The position numbers were made by a program, and so were the translations under genes. Positions 9,428 to 18,287 of a stretch of DNA of 39,257 bases are shown here, piece by piece (the stretch's first letter is position 1; each line of letters begins with the position of its first letter). The notes under the pieces were generated by a model, which did no database searches, was not told the origin of the DNA, and saw only the letters and a program-made list of their open reading frames with translations. Where the stretch lies: sequence record SRR22947727_4400. One strand, written 5' to 3'.

Positions 9428-10741
9428 TCATTGGCCCGCGGCTCCCCTTTCCCCTATTACGACACTGCGCGCATCTGAAACTAATGCGTCAACCTGATTA
9501 GATGTCAGCGTCCTGAGAAAAGCAACGAGTGCCTGCTGCTCCGATATTGTCATCCTCGTATTGCTAATTCTCACATCTTGTAGCGGATCTTGACTGCCAC
9601 CTCCCGCGTAGTACGCCACGACACTCTCGAGAGTGGGCAGTGATCCATCGTGCATGTAAGGAAAGGTGATCGCGACATTGCGCAAACTGGGAGTGCGATA
9701 TCGCCAACGATCCTCGTTCTGCCCGGTGACTTCTTCTCGCCCATTATCAATAAACGTCTCTGTCTCGGCGGTCACCAAAGGCACCACATAAACGCCGGGT
9801 GCGAGTTGCACCTTATCGAGCCTCACGCCTCTTTGCTGGCGAAGGTAGCCCACACCGGTGTTGTGAAAGCCGCCGTCCGAAAACAAGCTATTGTGATCGC
9901 CCAGCTGGTGGCAGCTGATACACCCTTTCTCCTGAAACACCTCAAAGCCTAGAGCGGCTTCTGCCGGATAGTTATTCATCAACCCGGTATCGACTGCAAA
10001 ATACCAACGATCGAAATCGGAATCCCCAGACAACAATGCCCGCTGATAAGCAGACAAGGCCAATCCCAGGCTGTGCTCAGACAAGCCCGCTGGATAGAGC
10101 GCTGCAAACTGTTGAGCGTAGGTATCGATAGTCGCTATTTTTGCTATGACGGACTGGCGATTCTGATTAGCCATTTCGTTGTGCGCTAACAAGGGAGACC
10201 AAATTTGCTCTACCAGAGAAGACTCTCTGCCATCCAAAAATAGCTGCTTGACGAAGACGACGTTGTATAGCGACGGAACATTGCGACGAACGCCTTTGCC
10301 CTGATGCCCCACCGGGGTCGCCAGCTCGTTCTGCGTGAACCCCTGCTCTGGAATATGACACATCGCACATGAGAGGGTGTCGTTGGCGGAGAGGCGCCGA
10401 TCGAAAAATAGCTGCCGACCCAAATCAATTTCTGCCGCCTTCGCGCCCTCGCTGACGACTGGCAAGCCCAAGGGCGTGTCATCACGCAGCTTGTCGAGAG
10501 CCTGCCGAATGCCCGACACCTCGATAACGACTTTGGAGTCAGTACGGTAGGTCTCCGATTCGTATCCGACCCTTGAATCCGCTAGCCCCACTCGGTGAAG
10601 CAAATCCACAGTGGGCTTATCTCCATTTGAGATCGCGCCGGTAGCGACTGAAGAAATGAACAAGAGCAAAAAAATTATCTGAACTCGCGCTCTAAGGCCC
10701 GCCGAAAGTAGGTGCATTGCTGTAATTTGAGGTGTTAGCAT
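9428..10741 (-). CDS. mauG: MauG-like diheme cytochrome c peroxidase family protein (probable TTQ maturation enzyme for MtoX); start may be ATG 10717
   Basis: Two CXXCH motifs (CAMCH, CISCH); LGRQLFFDRRLS, RNVPSLYN and TPSLRNVAITFPYMHDGS; hydrophobic N-terminus. The distal Met of classical bacterial CcP appears absent (VVAYY). Adjacent to mtoX and SCO. Confidence 0.8.
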   Translation of the reverse strand: MLTPQITAMHLLSAGLRARVQIIFLLLFISSVATGAISNGDKPTVDLLHRVGLADSRVGYESETYRTDSKVVIEVSGIRQALDKLRDDTPLGLPVVSEGAKAAEIDLGRQLFFDRRLSANDTLSCAMCHIPEQGFTQNELATPVGHQGKGVRRNVPSLYNVVFVKQLFLDGRESSLVEQIWSPLLAHNEMANQNRQSVIAKIATIDTYAQQFAALYPAGLSEHSLGLALSAYQRALLSGDSDFDRWYFAVDTGLMNNYPAEAALGFEVFQEKGCISCHQLGDHNSLFSDGGFHNTGVGYLRQQRGVRLDKVQLAPGVYVVPLVTAETETFIDNGREEVTGQNEDRWRYRTPSLRNVAITFPYMHDGSLPTLESVVAYYAGGGSQDPLQDVRISNTRMTISEQQALVAFLRTLTSNQVDALVSDARSVVIGERGAAGQ

Positions 10742-10777
10742 TATCGAATTGTGGCAGAAAAATTCGGAGAAAAAATA

Positions 10778-12133
10778 ATGATCTGGAAAATGTTGATTTC
10801 TAGCCTTGTCGCCGCCCTATTGCTGGTGCAACCCACCTCGGCTGATGAAACTTGCATGTCGCCCTACATGGCCAAAATTGTCGGCCAGGAAGACTATGTT
10901 TACATTTGGACCTTGGGCCTCGAAGGTGTCGGCAACGGTGAGGACAAGCTGGTCACAGTAGACGTGAATCCAGATTCGGAGACTTACGGCACCGTTATCC
11001 ACACACTCTCTATGGGTGGGCGTAACGAAGCGCACCACTCGGGGCTTACAGATGATCGACGATTCCTGTGGGCATCTGGACTCGATACCAACAAAATCTT
11101 TATCTTCGACGTGCATACTGACCCTGCCGCACCCAGCTTGCATCGCACCATTGATGACTTTGTGAGTAAAACGGGAGGCGTAGTGGGTCCACACACTAGC
11201 TATGCACTGCCTGGTCGCATGCTTATTACTGGGCTGTCCAATAATCGCGACCATGGCGGGCGCACGGGCATGGCCGAATATACCAATGAGGGCGACTTCA
11301 TTACGAGCGTCTGGATGCCCACTGACGACAATCTGCAAGGCGCTGTGAAGTCTGGGAACTTTGCCGATGGCTATGGCTACGACGCGCGAGCGCTACCTCG
11401 CCGTAACGCACTCGTGACCTCCTCTTTTACGGGTTGGAATAACTACATGATGAATCTCGGCAAAATGATGGGTGATGCAGAAGCGATGAAGCGCTTTGGC
11501 AATACCGTCGTTATTTGGGACCTTCATGCGCGCACGCCCAAGAAGATTCTTGATGTGCCCGGCGCCCCCTTGGAAATTCGATGCGCATGGGGCTCGCAAT
11601 CTGATTACTGCTTCACCACGACTGCCCTCACCTCTAAGGTATGGCTCATCTACGAAGATGATGCAGGTGAGTGGCAAGCCAAAGCGGTCGCCGATATTGG
11701 CGATGCGAGCAAGATCCCACTGCCTGTCGATATTTCTATATCAGCAGATGACAATCATCTTTGGGTGAACACGTGGAATGATGGCAAAGTGCGGCTATAC
11801 GATATCTCTAATCCTCACGCGCCTGTTCAAGTCATGGAGAAGCAGATTGGCGAGCAGGTCAATATGGTCTCGCAAAGCTGGGACGGAGAGCGCGTTTATT
11901 TTACTTCCTCTCTGCTGGCCAACTGGGATAAGACGACCGCATCTGAAGGCAATGACCTACAGTACTTTAAGCTGTACAACTGGGATGGCGAGTCGCTGAC
12001 ACCAGCGTTTAATCTTGATTTCATTGAGCTGGGTTTAGGGGCGCCGCACCAAATGCGTTTTGGCGCTCATGCACTTTATGGTGGCGCCGCTGCACAGTCA
12101 CCTTCGGGATTATCGTCGCCGCCCGCACACTGA
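10778..12133 (+). CDS. mtoX: Methanethiol oxidase (SBP56/SELENBP1 family), periplasmic
   Basis: Sec signal peptide ending PTSA|DETCMSPY; EAHH, GPH and APHQM His motifs; Trp in FTGW and LLANWD; GGAGA SD before ATG 10778; flanked by mauG-like and SCO genes. Confidence 0.93.
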   Translation: MIWKMLISSLVAALLLVQPTSADETCMSPYMAKIVGQEDYVYIWTLGLEGVGNGEDKLVTVDVNPDSETYGTVIHTLSMGGRNEAHHSGLTDDRRFLWASGLDTNKIFIFDVHTDPAAPSLHRTIDDFVSKTGGVVGPHTSYALPGRMLITGLSNNRDHGGRTGMAEYTNEGDFITSVWMPTDDNLQGAVKSGNFADGYGYDARALPRRNALVTSSFTGWNNYMMNLGKMMGDAEAMKRFGNTVVIWDLHARTPKKILDVPGAPLEIRCAWGSQSDYCFTTTALTSKVWLIYEDDAGEWQAKAVADIGDASKIPLPVDISISADDNHLWVNTWNDGKVRLYDISNPHAPVQVMEKQIGEQVNMVSQSWDGERVYFTSSLLANWDKTTASEGNDLQYFKLYNWDGESLTPAFNLDFIELGLGAPHQMRFGAHALYGGAAAQSPSGLSSPPAH

Positions 12134-12140
12134 CATCGTG

Positions 12141-12830
12141 ATGCGCACGGCCGTTATCCTGCTGCTGTGGGCACTGAGCGCAGCGGCAGTCAGTGCGCCT
12201 CATGCACACAAGGAGCCCGTCGTTATGGCGCCGGGCTACTCACCACTCTCCTTTAGACCGCCAGAGCCAGGGACCTATGGGTTACCGCCGATGGGTTCAG
12301 CCAGCGATGGCTCGGTGCTGAATAGCCAGGGCGAGCCAGGCGCTCTCCACGATTATCTTGGGGATAAACCCACCGTACTGAGCTTCATTTTTACTACCTG
12401 TGACGACGTAAATGGCTGCCCTTTGGCAACCTATGTGATGAGACGCGTGCAAGACGCGCTACAGGCGGATCCCGAGACCGCCGATAAGGCGCGCCTCGTC
12501 AGCTTCAGCTTTGACCCTGTCTTCGATACGCCTGCCGTCATCGATGCCTATGGGTCACAGTTTCGCGCAGATGATTTTGACTGGCAGTTTCTCACCACAT
12601 CGGGAGCGGAGACGCTTGATCCTATTCTGAATGCCTATGGTCAGTGGGTTATCCGAGACTATGATGATAACGGTGATTACATGGGCACCATGTCACACAT
12701 TTTGCGAGTGTTTCTGATCGACAAAAATCGCAACATTCGCAATATTTATAGCACCTCCTTTCTGCATGCCGATACGGTTGCAAACGATGTCCGCTCGCTG
12801 TTGCTGGAAGATAACGCCGCGTTGCCCTAG
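12141..12830 (+). CDS. SCO1/SenC family copper chaperone
   Basis: Signal peptide; FIFTTCDDVNGCP, SFDPVFDTP and SHILRVFLID motifs; starts 7 nt after the mtoX stop. Confidence 0.88.
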   Translation: MRTAVILLLWALSAAAVSAPHAHKEPVVMAPGYSPLSFRPPEPGTYGLPPMGSASDGSVLNSQGEPGALHDYLGDKPTVLSFIFTTCDDVNGCPLATYVMRRVQDALQADPETADKARLVSFSFDPVFDTPAVIDAYGSQFRADDFDWQFLTTSGAETLDPILNAYGQWVIRDYDDNGDYMGTMSHILRVFLIDKNRNIRNIYSTSFLHADTVANDVRSLLLEDNAALP

Positions 12831-13003
12831 CACCACCCACTCCACTCATATCTGGTTGGAACGCAGCGCATCACGATCTGCGCCGGCCCCTAAGCAACCT
12901 TCACTGCAGTGACGCTCACTTTCCTGAACCATGATATTCTGCCGCGGTTTTTAGCCACGGCACTGCGCTAGACGTAGCGCAAGTAGAATAAGGAGAAGCG
13001 TCA

Positions 13004-14425
13004 ATGTACATCAATGGTGAGTGGCTGAAAGATGGCCCTACATTCTCGGTCTATGACCCCGCCACCGGTGAGACGCTGGATGACGTGTTCGATGGTAATG
13101 ACGGACATGCCCACCTGGCTATCGAGGCAGCAGCGCGCGCGCAGCAGAGCTGGGCTAACCAAACCGCCTACCAGCGGTCTGAACTGCTGTATCGAGCACA
13201 TGGATTGATGCTTGAGCGACAGTCGAATCTTGCGAATCTGATGACTCGCGAACAGGGAAAACCGCTCAAGGCCGCTATGAATGAGGTGAAGTATGCCGCT
13301 GACTTTTTATTATGGTTCGCCGAAGAAGCAAAACGAGTTTACGGAGAAACCATTCCGTCAGCACGCTCAGATCAGCGATTTTTAGTTCACAAACAGGCGA
13401 TTGGTGTCGTCGCCGCGATCACCCCCTGGAACTACCCGATCTCAATGCTCACCCGTAAACTGGGACCCGCCCTAGCGGCGGGATGCACCGTCGTATTAAA
13501 GCCCGCTGAAACCACGCCGCTCTGCGCTATGGCCGTCTTCGAAATTTTACATGAGGCAGGCTTTCCAGCGGGTGTTGCCAACCTTGTCACAACCAGCGAG
13601 CCGAAGCCCATTGGCGATGTTTTTTGCACACACCCCAGCGTTAAGAAGCTCACGTTTACGGGCTCTACCGCAGTCGGCAAACATCTTGCTCAAGCGGCAG
13701 CGCCGCAGCTCAAACGGGTCTCAATGGAGCTGGGCGGCCACGCCCCTTTTATTGTGTTCGACGATGCCGACCCCGTGCATGCGGCAAAAGGTGTATCCCT
13801 CGTCAAATTCCTCAATACAGGCCAAGCGTGCATCAGCCCTAATCGTATTTTTGTGCAGCGCCGCATTCTAGAACCATTTCTCGCCACGCTTCAGGATCGA
13901 GTCAGTAAACTGCGAGCCGGTAACGGATTGGATCCAGCTAACAGTATTGGACCACTCATCAATGAAGCGGCGATCCTTAAGGTGGACCGTCAGGTGCAGG
14001 ACGCGGTTGCCAAAGGCGCCACCTTGCTCAGTGGTGGAACTCGGCTCAGCGATGGTGAACTTGCTAAGGGTCATTTTTACGGGGCCACGCTTCTCAGCAA
14101 TGTCACTGCCGAGATGCTCATCTATCGCGAGGAGACCTTTGGTCCCGTTGCGGCCGTGGTGCCATTTGACGATGAAGACGATGTCATTGCCATGGCGAAC
14201 GATACCCACTACGGGCTGGCGGCTTATCTTTACACACAGAACTTGTCTCGTGCCTTGCGGACCTTTGAACAACTGCAGTTTGGTATCATTGGCATCAATG
14301 ATATTAACCCCACCAGCGCCGCAGCTCCTTTTGGTGGCATGAAGGAAAGCGGCTTGGGCCGAGAAGGCGCGCGCGAAGGTATCGAGGAGTATCTCGAGAC
14401 GAAACTCGGCGGACTCAGTATATAG
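13004..14425 (+). CDS. NAD(P)-dependent aldehyde dehydrogenase, succinate-semialdehyde dehydrogenase (GabD)-like
   Basis: ITPWNYP, FTGSTAVG, ELGGHAP, catalytic Cys in NTGQACIS, EETFGP, PFGGMKESG; AAGGAG SD. Confidence 0.9.
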   Translation: MYINGEWLKDGPTFSVYDPATGETLDDVFDGNDGHAHLAIEAAARAQQSWANQTAYQRSELLYRAHGLMLERQSNLANLMTREQGKPLKAAMNEVKYAADFLLWFAEEAKRVYGETIPSARSDQRFLVHKQAIGVVAAITPWNYPISMLTRKLGPALAAGCTVVLKPAETTPLCAMAVFEILHEAGFPAGVANLVTTSEPKPIGDVFCTHPSVKKLTFTGSTAVGKHLAQAAAPQLKRVSMELGGHAPFIVFDDADPVHAAKGVSLVKFLNTGQACISPNRIFVQRRILEPFLATLQDRVSKLRAGNGLDPANSIGPLINEAAILKVDRQVQDAVAKGATLLSGGTRLSDGELAKGHFYGATLLSNVTAEMLIYREETFGPVAAVVPFDDEDDVIAMANDTHYGLAAYLYTQNLSRALRTFEQLQFGIIGINDINPTSAAAPFGGMKESGLGREGAREGIEEYLETKLGGLSI

Positions 14426-14453
14426 TCGCCCCATTAATACGAGGAACACTCCC

Positions 14454-15767
14454 ATGGCTGCATCGGACTATCCAGGTCTCGACACATTGGCTTTGCACGC
14501 AGGGGCTCAGCCTGATCCTGCGACGGGCGCCAGAGCCACACCGATTTATCAAACGGCATCTTTTTGCTTTCCCGATTCAGATCATGCCGCATCGCTCTTT
14601 AATATAGAGCGAGCAGGACACGTTTACTCACGCCTGAGCAATCCCACAAATGCCGTATTAGAGGAGCGTATTGCTGCGCTTGAGGGCGGTGTGGGTGCGA
14701 TTGCCACGGCCAGCGGTCAAGCGGCGCTGCATTTGGCGATCATTACCCTCATGGGTGCGGGATCTCACATCGTGGCCTCTGCCGCACTGTATGGGGGGAG
14801 TCACAACTTATTCGCTTACACACTGCCCCGCTTTGGCATCGACACAACCTTTGTAGATCCGCGCGACCCACAGGCCTTTGCCGCCGCGATTCAGGACAAT
14901 ACGCGACTTATTTTCGGCGAAACATTGGGTAATCCGGGACTCGATGTGCTGAACATCCCCGCCATCGCTGACGTTGCCCATCAGGCAGGACTGCCATTGA
15001 TGGTCGATTCCACCTTTACAACACCCTATCTTATTAAACCCTTTGAGCTCGGTGCCGATATCATTCAACACTCCGCCACTAAGTTTCTGAGTGGGCACGG
15101 CATCGTCATCGGTGGATTACTGGTCGATAGCGGTCATTTCGACTGGGAAGCCTCTGGTAAATTTCCAACATTAACAGAGCCTTACGAGGGCTTTCACAAC
15201 CTAATTTTCACTGAAGAGTTTGGTCCTACTGCGTTCATCCAAAGAGCCCGTAAAGAGGGTCTGCGTGACTTTGGCGCTTGTATGGCACCGACTTCTGCAT
15301 TTCACATATTGCAGGGTATCGAAACGCTGAGCGTGCGCATGAATCGACACGTCGACAATACACGTGAGATCGTTAACTTCTTGATGGCCCAGCCACAGGT
15401 TGATCGTGTCGGTTATCCCGAACTTGAAGGACACCCCGATCGGTCGCTGGCAGCCACTTTGCTGCCCAAGGGCTGTGGCGCCGTGTTCAGCTTCGACTTA
15501 AGCGGGGGTCGACCAGCGGGCATTGCTTTTGTCGACGCGCTCAATGTCTTCTCCCACCTAGCCAACATTGGTGATGCCAAATCACTCGTTATTCATCCCG
15601 CCAGCACCACTCATCATCGCATGGATGCCAAAGCACTGGCCGCGGGAGGGATTGGTGAGGGCACGATCCGCCTGTCGATAGGGCTAGAGGACCCGAAAGA
15701 TCTCATAGCAGATCTCAAACAGGGGCTGCGTGCCGCTGGAAAGGCGGCCGGAGGCAACCGCTCATGA
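14454..15767 (+). CDS. metY: O-acetylhomoserine aminocarboxypropyltransferase / sulfhydrylase (PLP)
   Basis: TPIYQT, YSRLSNPT, PLP Lys in HSATKFLSGHG, ANIGDAKSLVIHPASTTH. Confidence 0.9.
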   Translation: MAASDYPGLDTLALHAGAQPDPATGARATPIYQTASFCFPDSDHAASLFNIERAGHVYSRLSNPTNAVLEERIAALEGGVGAIATASGQAALHLAIITLMGAGSHIVASAALYGGSHNLFAYTLPRFGIDTTFVDPRDPQAFAAAIQDNTRLIFGETLGNPGLDVLNIPAIADVAHQAGLPLMVDSTFTTPYLIKPFELGADIIQHSATKFLSGHGIVIGGLLVDSGHFDWEASGKFPTLTEPYEGFHNLIFTEEFGPTAFIQRARKEGLRDFGACMAPTSAFHILQGIETLSVRMNRHVDNTREIVNFLMAQPQVDRVGYPELEGHPDRSLAATLLPKGCGAVFSFDLSGGRPAGIAFVDALNVFSHLANIGDAKSLVIHPASTTHHRMDAKALAAGGIGEGTIRLSIGLEDPKDLIADLKQGLRAAGKAAGGNRS

Positions 15768-16552
15768 TGATCACCGTCGATGATCAAGCTGTTTATTGCT
15801 ATACCAACTCTCGTGAGATCGATGCGACAAAGCCCAGTATCGTCTTTATTCACGGCTCGGGCATGGATCACTGCGTGTGGACGTTGGCGAGCCGACATTT
15901 TGCCCGGCATGGCAATAACGTTATCGCGGTGGATTTACCCGGCCATGGTCGCTCCGGCGGCGCACCATTAGCCACCATTGAGGCAATGGCTGAGTGGACC
16001 GTTTCGGTGCTCGACACACTCAACATTGAGCAAGCGGCGGTAGTCGGCCATAGCCTCGGTAGTCTCATTGCGCTGGAAAGTGCGGCCGCCTACGCCAGTC
16101 GCATCAGGGCCATTGCGCTAGTGGGAACGACCTCCCCCATGCCAGTTTCGGACGCCATTCTTAATGCTGCCGAGGCGAATGATCATGCGGCCTTCGACAT
16201 GCTTACACAGTGGGGGTTTAGTAAACGACACCAATTTGGCGGTAATCGTAGTTCAGGTATTTGGATGATCGGCAATACCCTCAGGCTGTATGAACAGTCT
16301 GGGCCCGACGTGCTGTTTCACGATATGCGGGCCTGCAACGACTATCAGTCTGGCATTGAGCAAGCGAGCCGAGTGACGTGCCCTACTCTGCTGCTGTTGG
16401 GTGCGGAAGACCGACTCACCCCCGTGCGCAGCACGAAGGGACTTCAATCAGCGCTGACATCCGCCAAAGTTGAGATACTCCCCGGAGCCGGCCATACCAT
16501 TATGGTAGAGGCGCCCAACGCCATGCTCGATGCGCTGCATCAAGTGCTCTAG
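15764..16552 (+). CDS. Alpha/beta hydrolase
   Basis: FIHGSG, DLPGHG, nucleophile GHSLG, Asp in GAEDRL, His in AGH; ATGA overlap with metY. Confidence 0.9.
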   Translation: MMITVDDQAVYCYTNSREIDATKPSIVFIHGSGMDHCVWTLASRHFARHGNNVIAVDLPGHGRSGGAPLATIEAMAEWTVSVLDTLNIEQAAVVGHSLGSLIALESAAAYASRIRAIALVGTTSPMPVSDAILNAAEANDHAAFDMLTQWGFSKRHQFGGNRSSGIWMIGNTLRLYEQSGPDVLFHDMRACNDYQSGIEQASRVTCPTLLLLGAEDRLTPVRSTKGLQSALTSAKVEILPGAGHTIMVEAPNAMLDALHQVL

Positions 16553-16573
16553 AAAGGAGCGCTACCAAGCTGT

Positions 16574-17422
16574 TCAAAACTGGGTATCAGCAATCGTGGT
16601 GCGATGAAGCAATCGATGGTGACCGTCGTAACCTCCGGTAGCCGCGTGCAGTAGCGATCGGTTATCCCACATCACTACCATACCCGCCTCCCATCGATGG
16701 GTATAAATGAAGTCGGGCTGAGTCTGGTGAGCGTAAAGGCTCAGCAGTAGTGCCTCGCTCTCTTCATGCCCCATCCCAACAAATTCGGTGATGTAGGCCG
16801 CAGACGAGAATAAGGCTTTGCTGCCATTCTCACGATGTGTCCTTACGAGTGGATGCGCATGCGTGTCGCGCGCGTGCTCGCTCGGGAGGATTTTCATACT
16901 GCGCCCCAGCGCCTGATCGTCTTCACCGTAGGCGCCGTCTGGCGCATAGCCAAGTGCAGCAGAGTGAATCGCCATGAGATCGTCGACTTGGTGTCGCAAG
17001 TCATCGGGTAGCTGCTGATAGGCCATCACCTGATCCGCGAACAATGTTTCGCCCCCCATCGGCGGAATCGTGATCCCATATAACACGGTGCCAGCGGGAG
17101 GCAACGCTAAAAAACTCCAATCGCTGTGGAATATCTCGGCAAAAATCGCGGTCTTCTCATCGGCAGCTCGCTGCACGGCAGCGACCTTCGGATGCTCGTC
17201 GATATGACCGAAGAAAGGGTCTTCTCCAATCTCACCAAACTGTTCACTAAAAGCTACCAATTGCGATGGCGTTAGTTGCTGTTTGGGAAAAATAAGTACT
17301 TTGTGCTTCAGCCATTGCGCACGCAGCTCGGCAATTAAGTCCGCGGAGAGTCGCTCGTGTAACTTCAAGCCATCAATAGTGGCACCGCAACTGGCGCCCG
17401 AGGGCGTTATGGTTAATCCCAT
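16574..17422 (-). CDS. TauD/TfdA family Fe(II)/2-oxoglutarate dioxygenase
   Basis: FHSDWSF (HxD), GGETLFAD, HPLVRTH, WDNRSLLH...R motifs. Confidence 0.9.
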   Translation of the reverse strand: MGLTITPSGASCGATIDGLKLHERLSADLIAELRAQWLKHKVLIFPKQQLTPSQLVAFSEQFGEIGEDPFFGHIDEHPKVAAVQRAADEKTAIFAEIFHSDWSFLALPPAGTVLYGITIPPMGGETLFADQVMAYQQLPDDLRHQVDDLMAIHSAALGYAPDGAYGEDDQALGRSMKILPSEHARDTHAHPLVRTHRENGSKALFSSAAYITEFVGMGHEESEALLLSLYAHQTQPDFIYTHRWEAGMVVMWDNRSLLHAATGGYDGHHRLLHRTTIADTQF

Positions 17423-17479
17423 TTCCGAGCCTCCTGGGGCATAGCATGTCGAATCACCGATCTGATGCTTTGGTCACTA

Positions 17480-18265
17480 TCACAGGAGATCGATGGCATG
17501 GTTCCACCAGGCTAGATCGGAGTATGCTCGCAGATCTAACTCGTGAGTCCATACCGAGCGGTGCTGCTGCGCTAAATGAAAGTAGGTCTCAGCGATTTTT
17601 TTTGGCAGCAATAAACCGTCATGCTCTTTGCCGCGCGCATCTCTCAGCGCAGCAAAAGCCTCCTCGCCGAGCATTTTGCCAAGGGTGTCGGGCGCATCAA
17701 CCGCGCCGTCAACAATGATATGCGCCACGTGAATGCCCTGTGATGCATATTCAGCATTTAAGGTTTGGCACAGCAACCGTCGACCCGCCATCGCAGCAGC
17801 GTGGGAATGCTGGCCTGCGTTACCGCGCATGGCAGAGGTCGCAGACGTCACTAATAGCGTGCCCTTGCCGCGTGCCGCCATTAACGGTACTAAGACCTTC
17901 GCCACTCGAAATAATCCAAAGCACGCAATTTGCCAGCCCAACTCAAAGGTTTTGAGAGAGGTTTTTTCCAGCGATCGATTCCCAATTTGCGCCCCCAGGT
18001 TGTAGACCATCGTATCGATCGGCCCCACCTGCTCCACGTCGCTGACTAGCTGCTCGAGCGCTCCCGGTTCGGCGGCGTTAGTGAGGTGGCCGCTAACCGA
18101 CAGTCCCTCGTCTTCGAACGATCGAGACATGGCCGCTAGTCCGGCCGCATCGCTTCGACGACATAAGGCGGCGTGATAGCCCTCTTGCGCAAATTTCCGC
18201 CCCACCGTGCCGCCAATCCCTGCGCCCGCGCCGATCACCAAACAAACTGGCTTCACGATTCCCAC
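17480..18265 (-). CDS. Short-chain dehydrogenase/reductase with an atypical active site
   Basis: GAGAGIG Rossmann motif, YNLG, TSATSAMRG, GIHVAHIIVDG; canonical YxxxK absent. Confidence 0.85.
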   Translation of the reverse strand: MGIVKPVCLVIGAGAGIGGTVGRKFAQEGYHAALCRRSDAAGLAAMSRSFEDEGLSVSGHLTNAAEPGALEQLVSDVEQVGPIDTMVYNLGAQIGNRSLEKTSLKTFELGWQIACFGLFRVAKVLVPLMAARGKGTLLVTSATSAMRGNAGQHSHAAAMAGRRLLCQTLNAEYASQGIHVAHIIVDGAVDAPDTLGKMLGEEAFAALRDARGKEHDGLLLPKKIAETYFHLAQQHRSVWTHELDLRAYSDLAWWNHAIDLL

Positions 18266-18287
18266 CTATTCATTCGCATGTCGCTGC

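Noticed and set aside
10778-12133. Selenoprotein or UGA read-through, suggested by the selenium-binding family name
   Set aside because: The ORF is full length with no internal TGA at a Cys-equivalent position; the terminal TGA follows a low-complexity tail.
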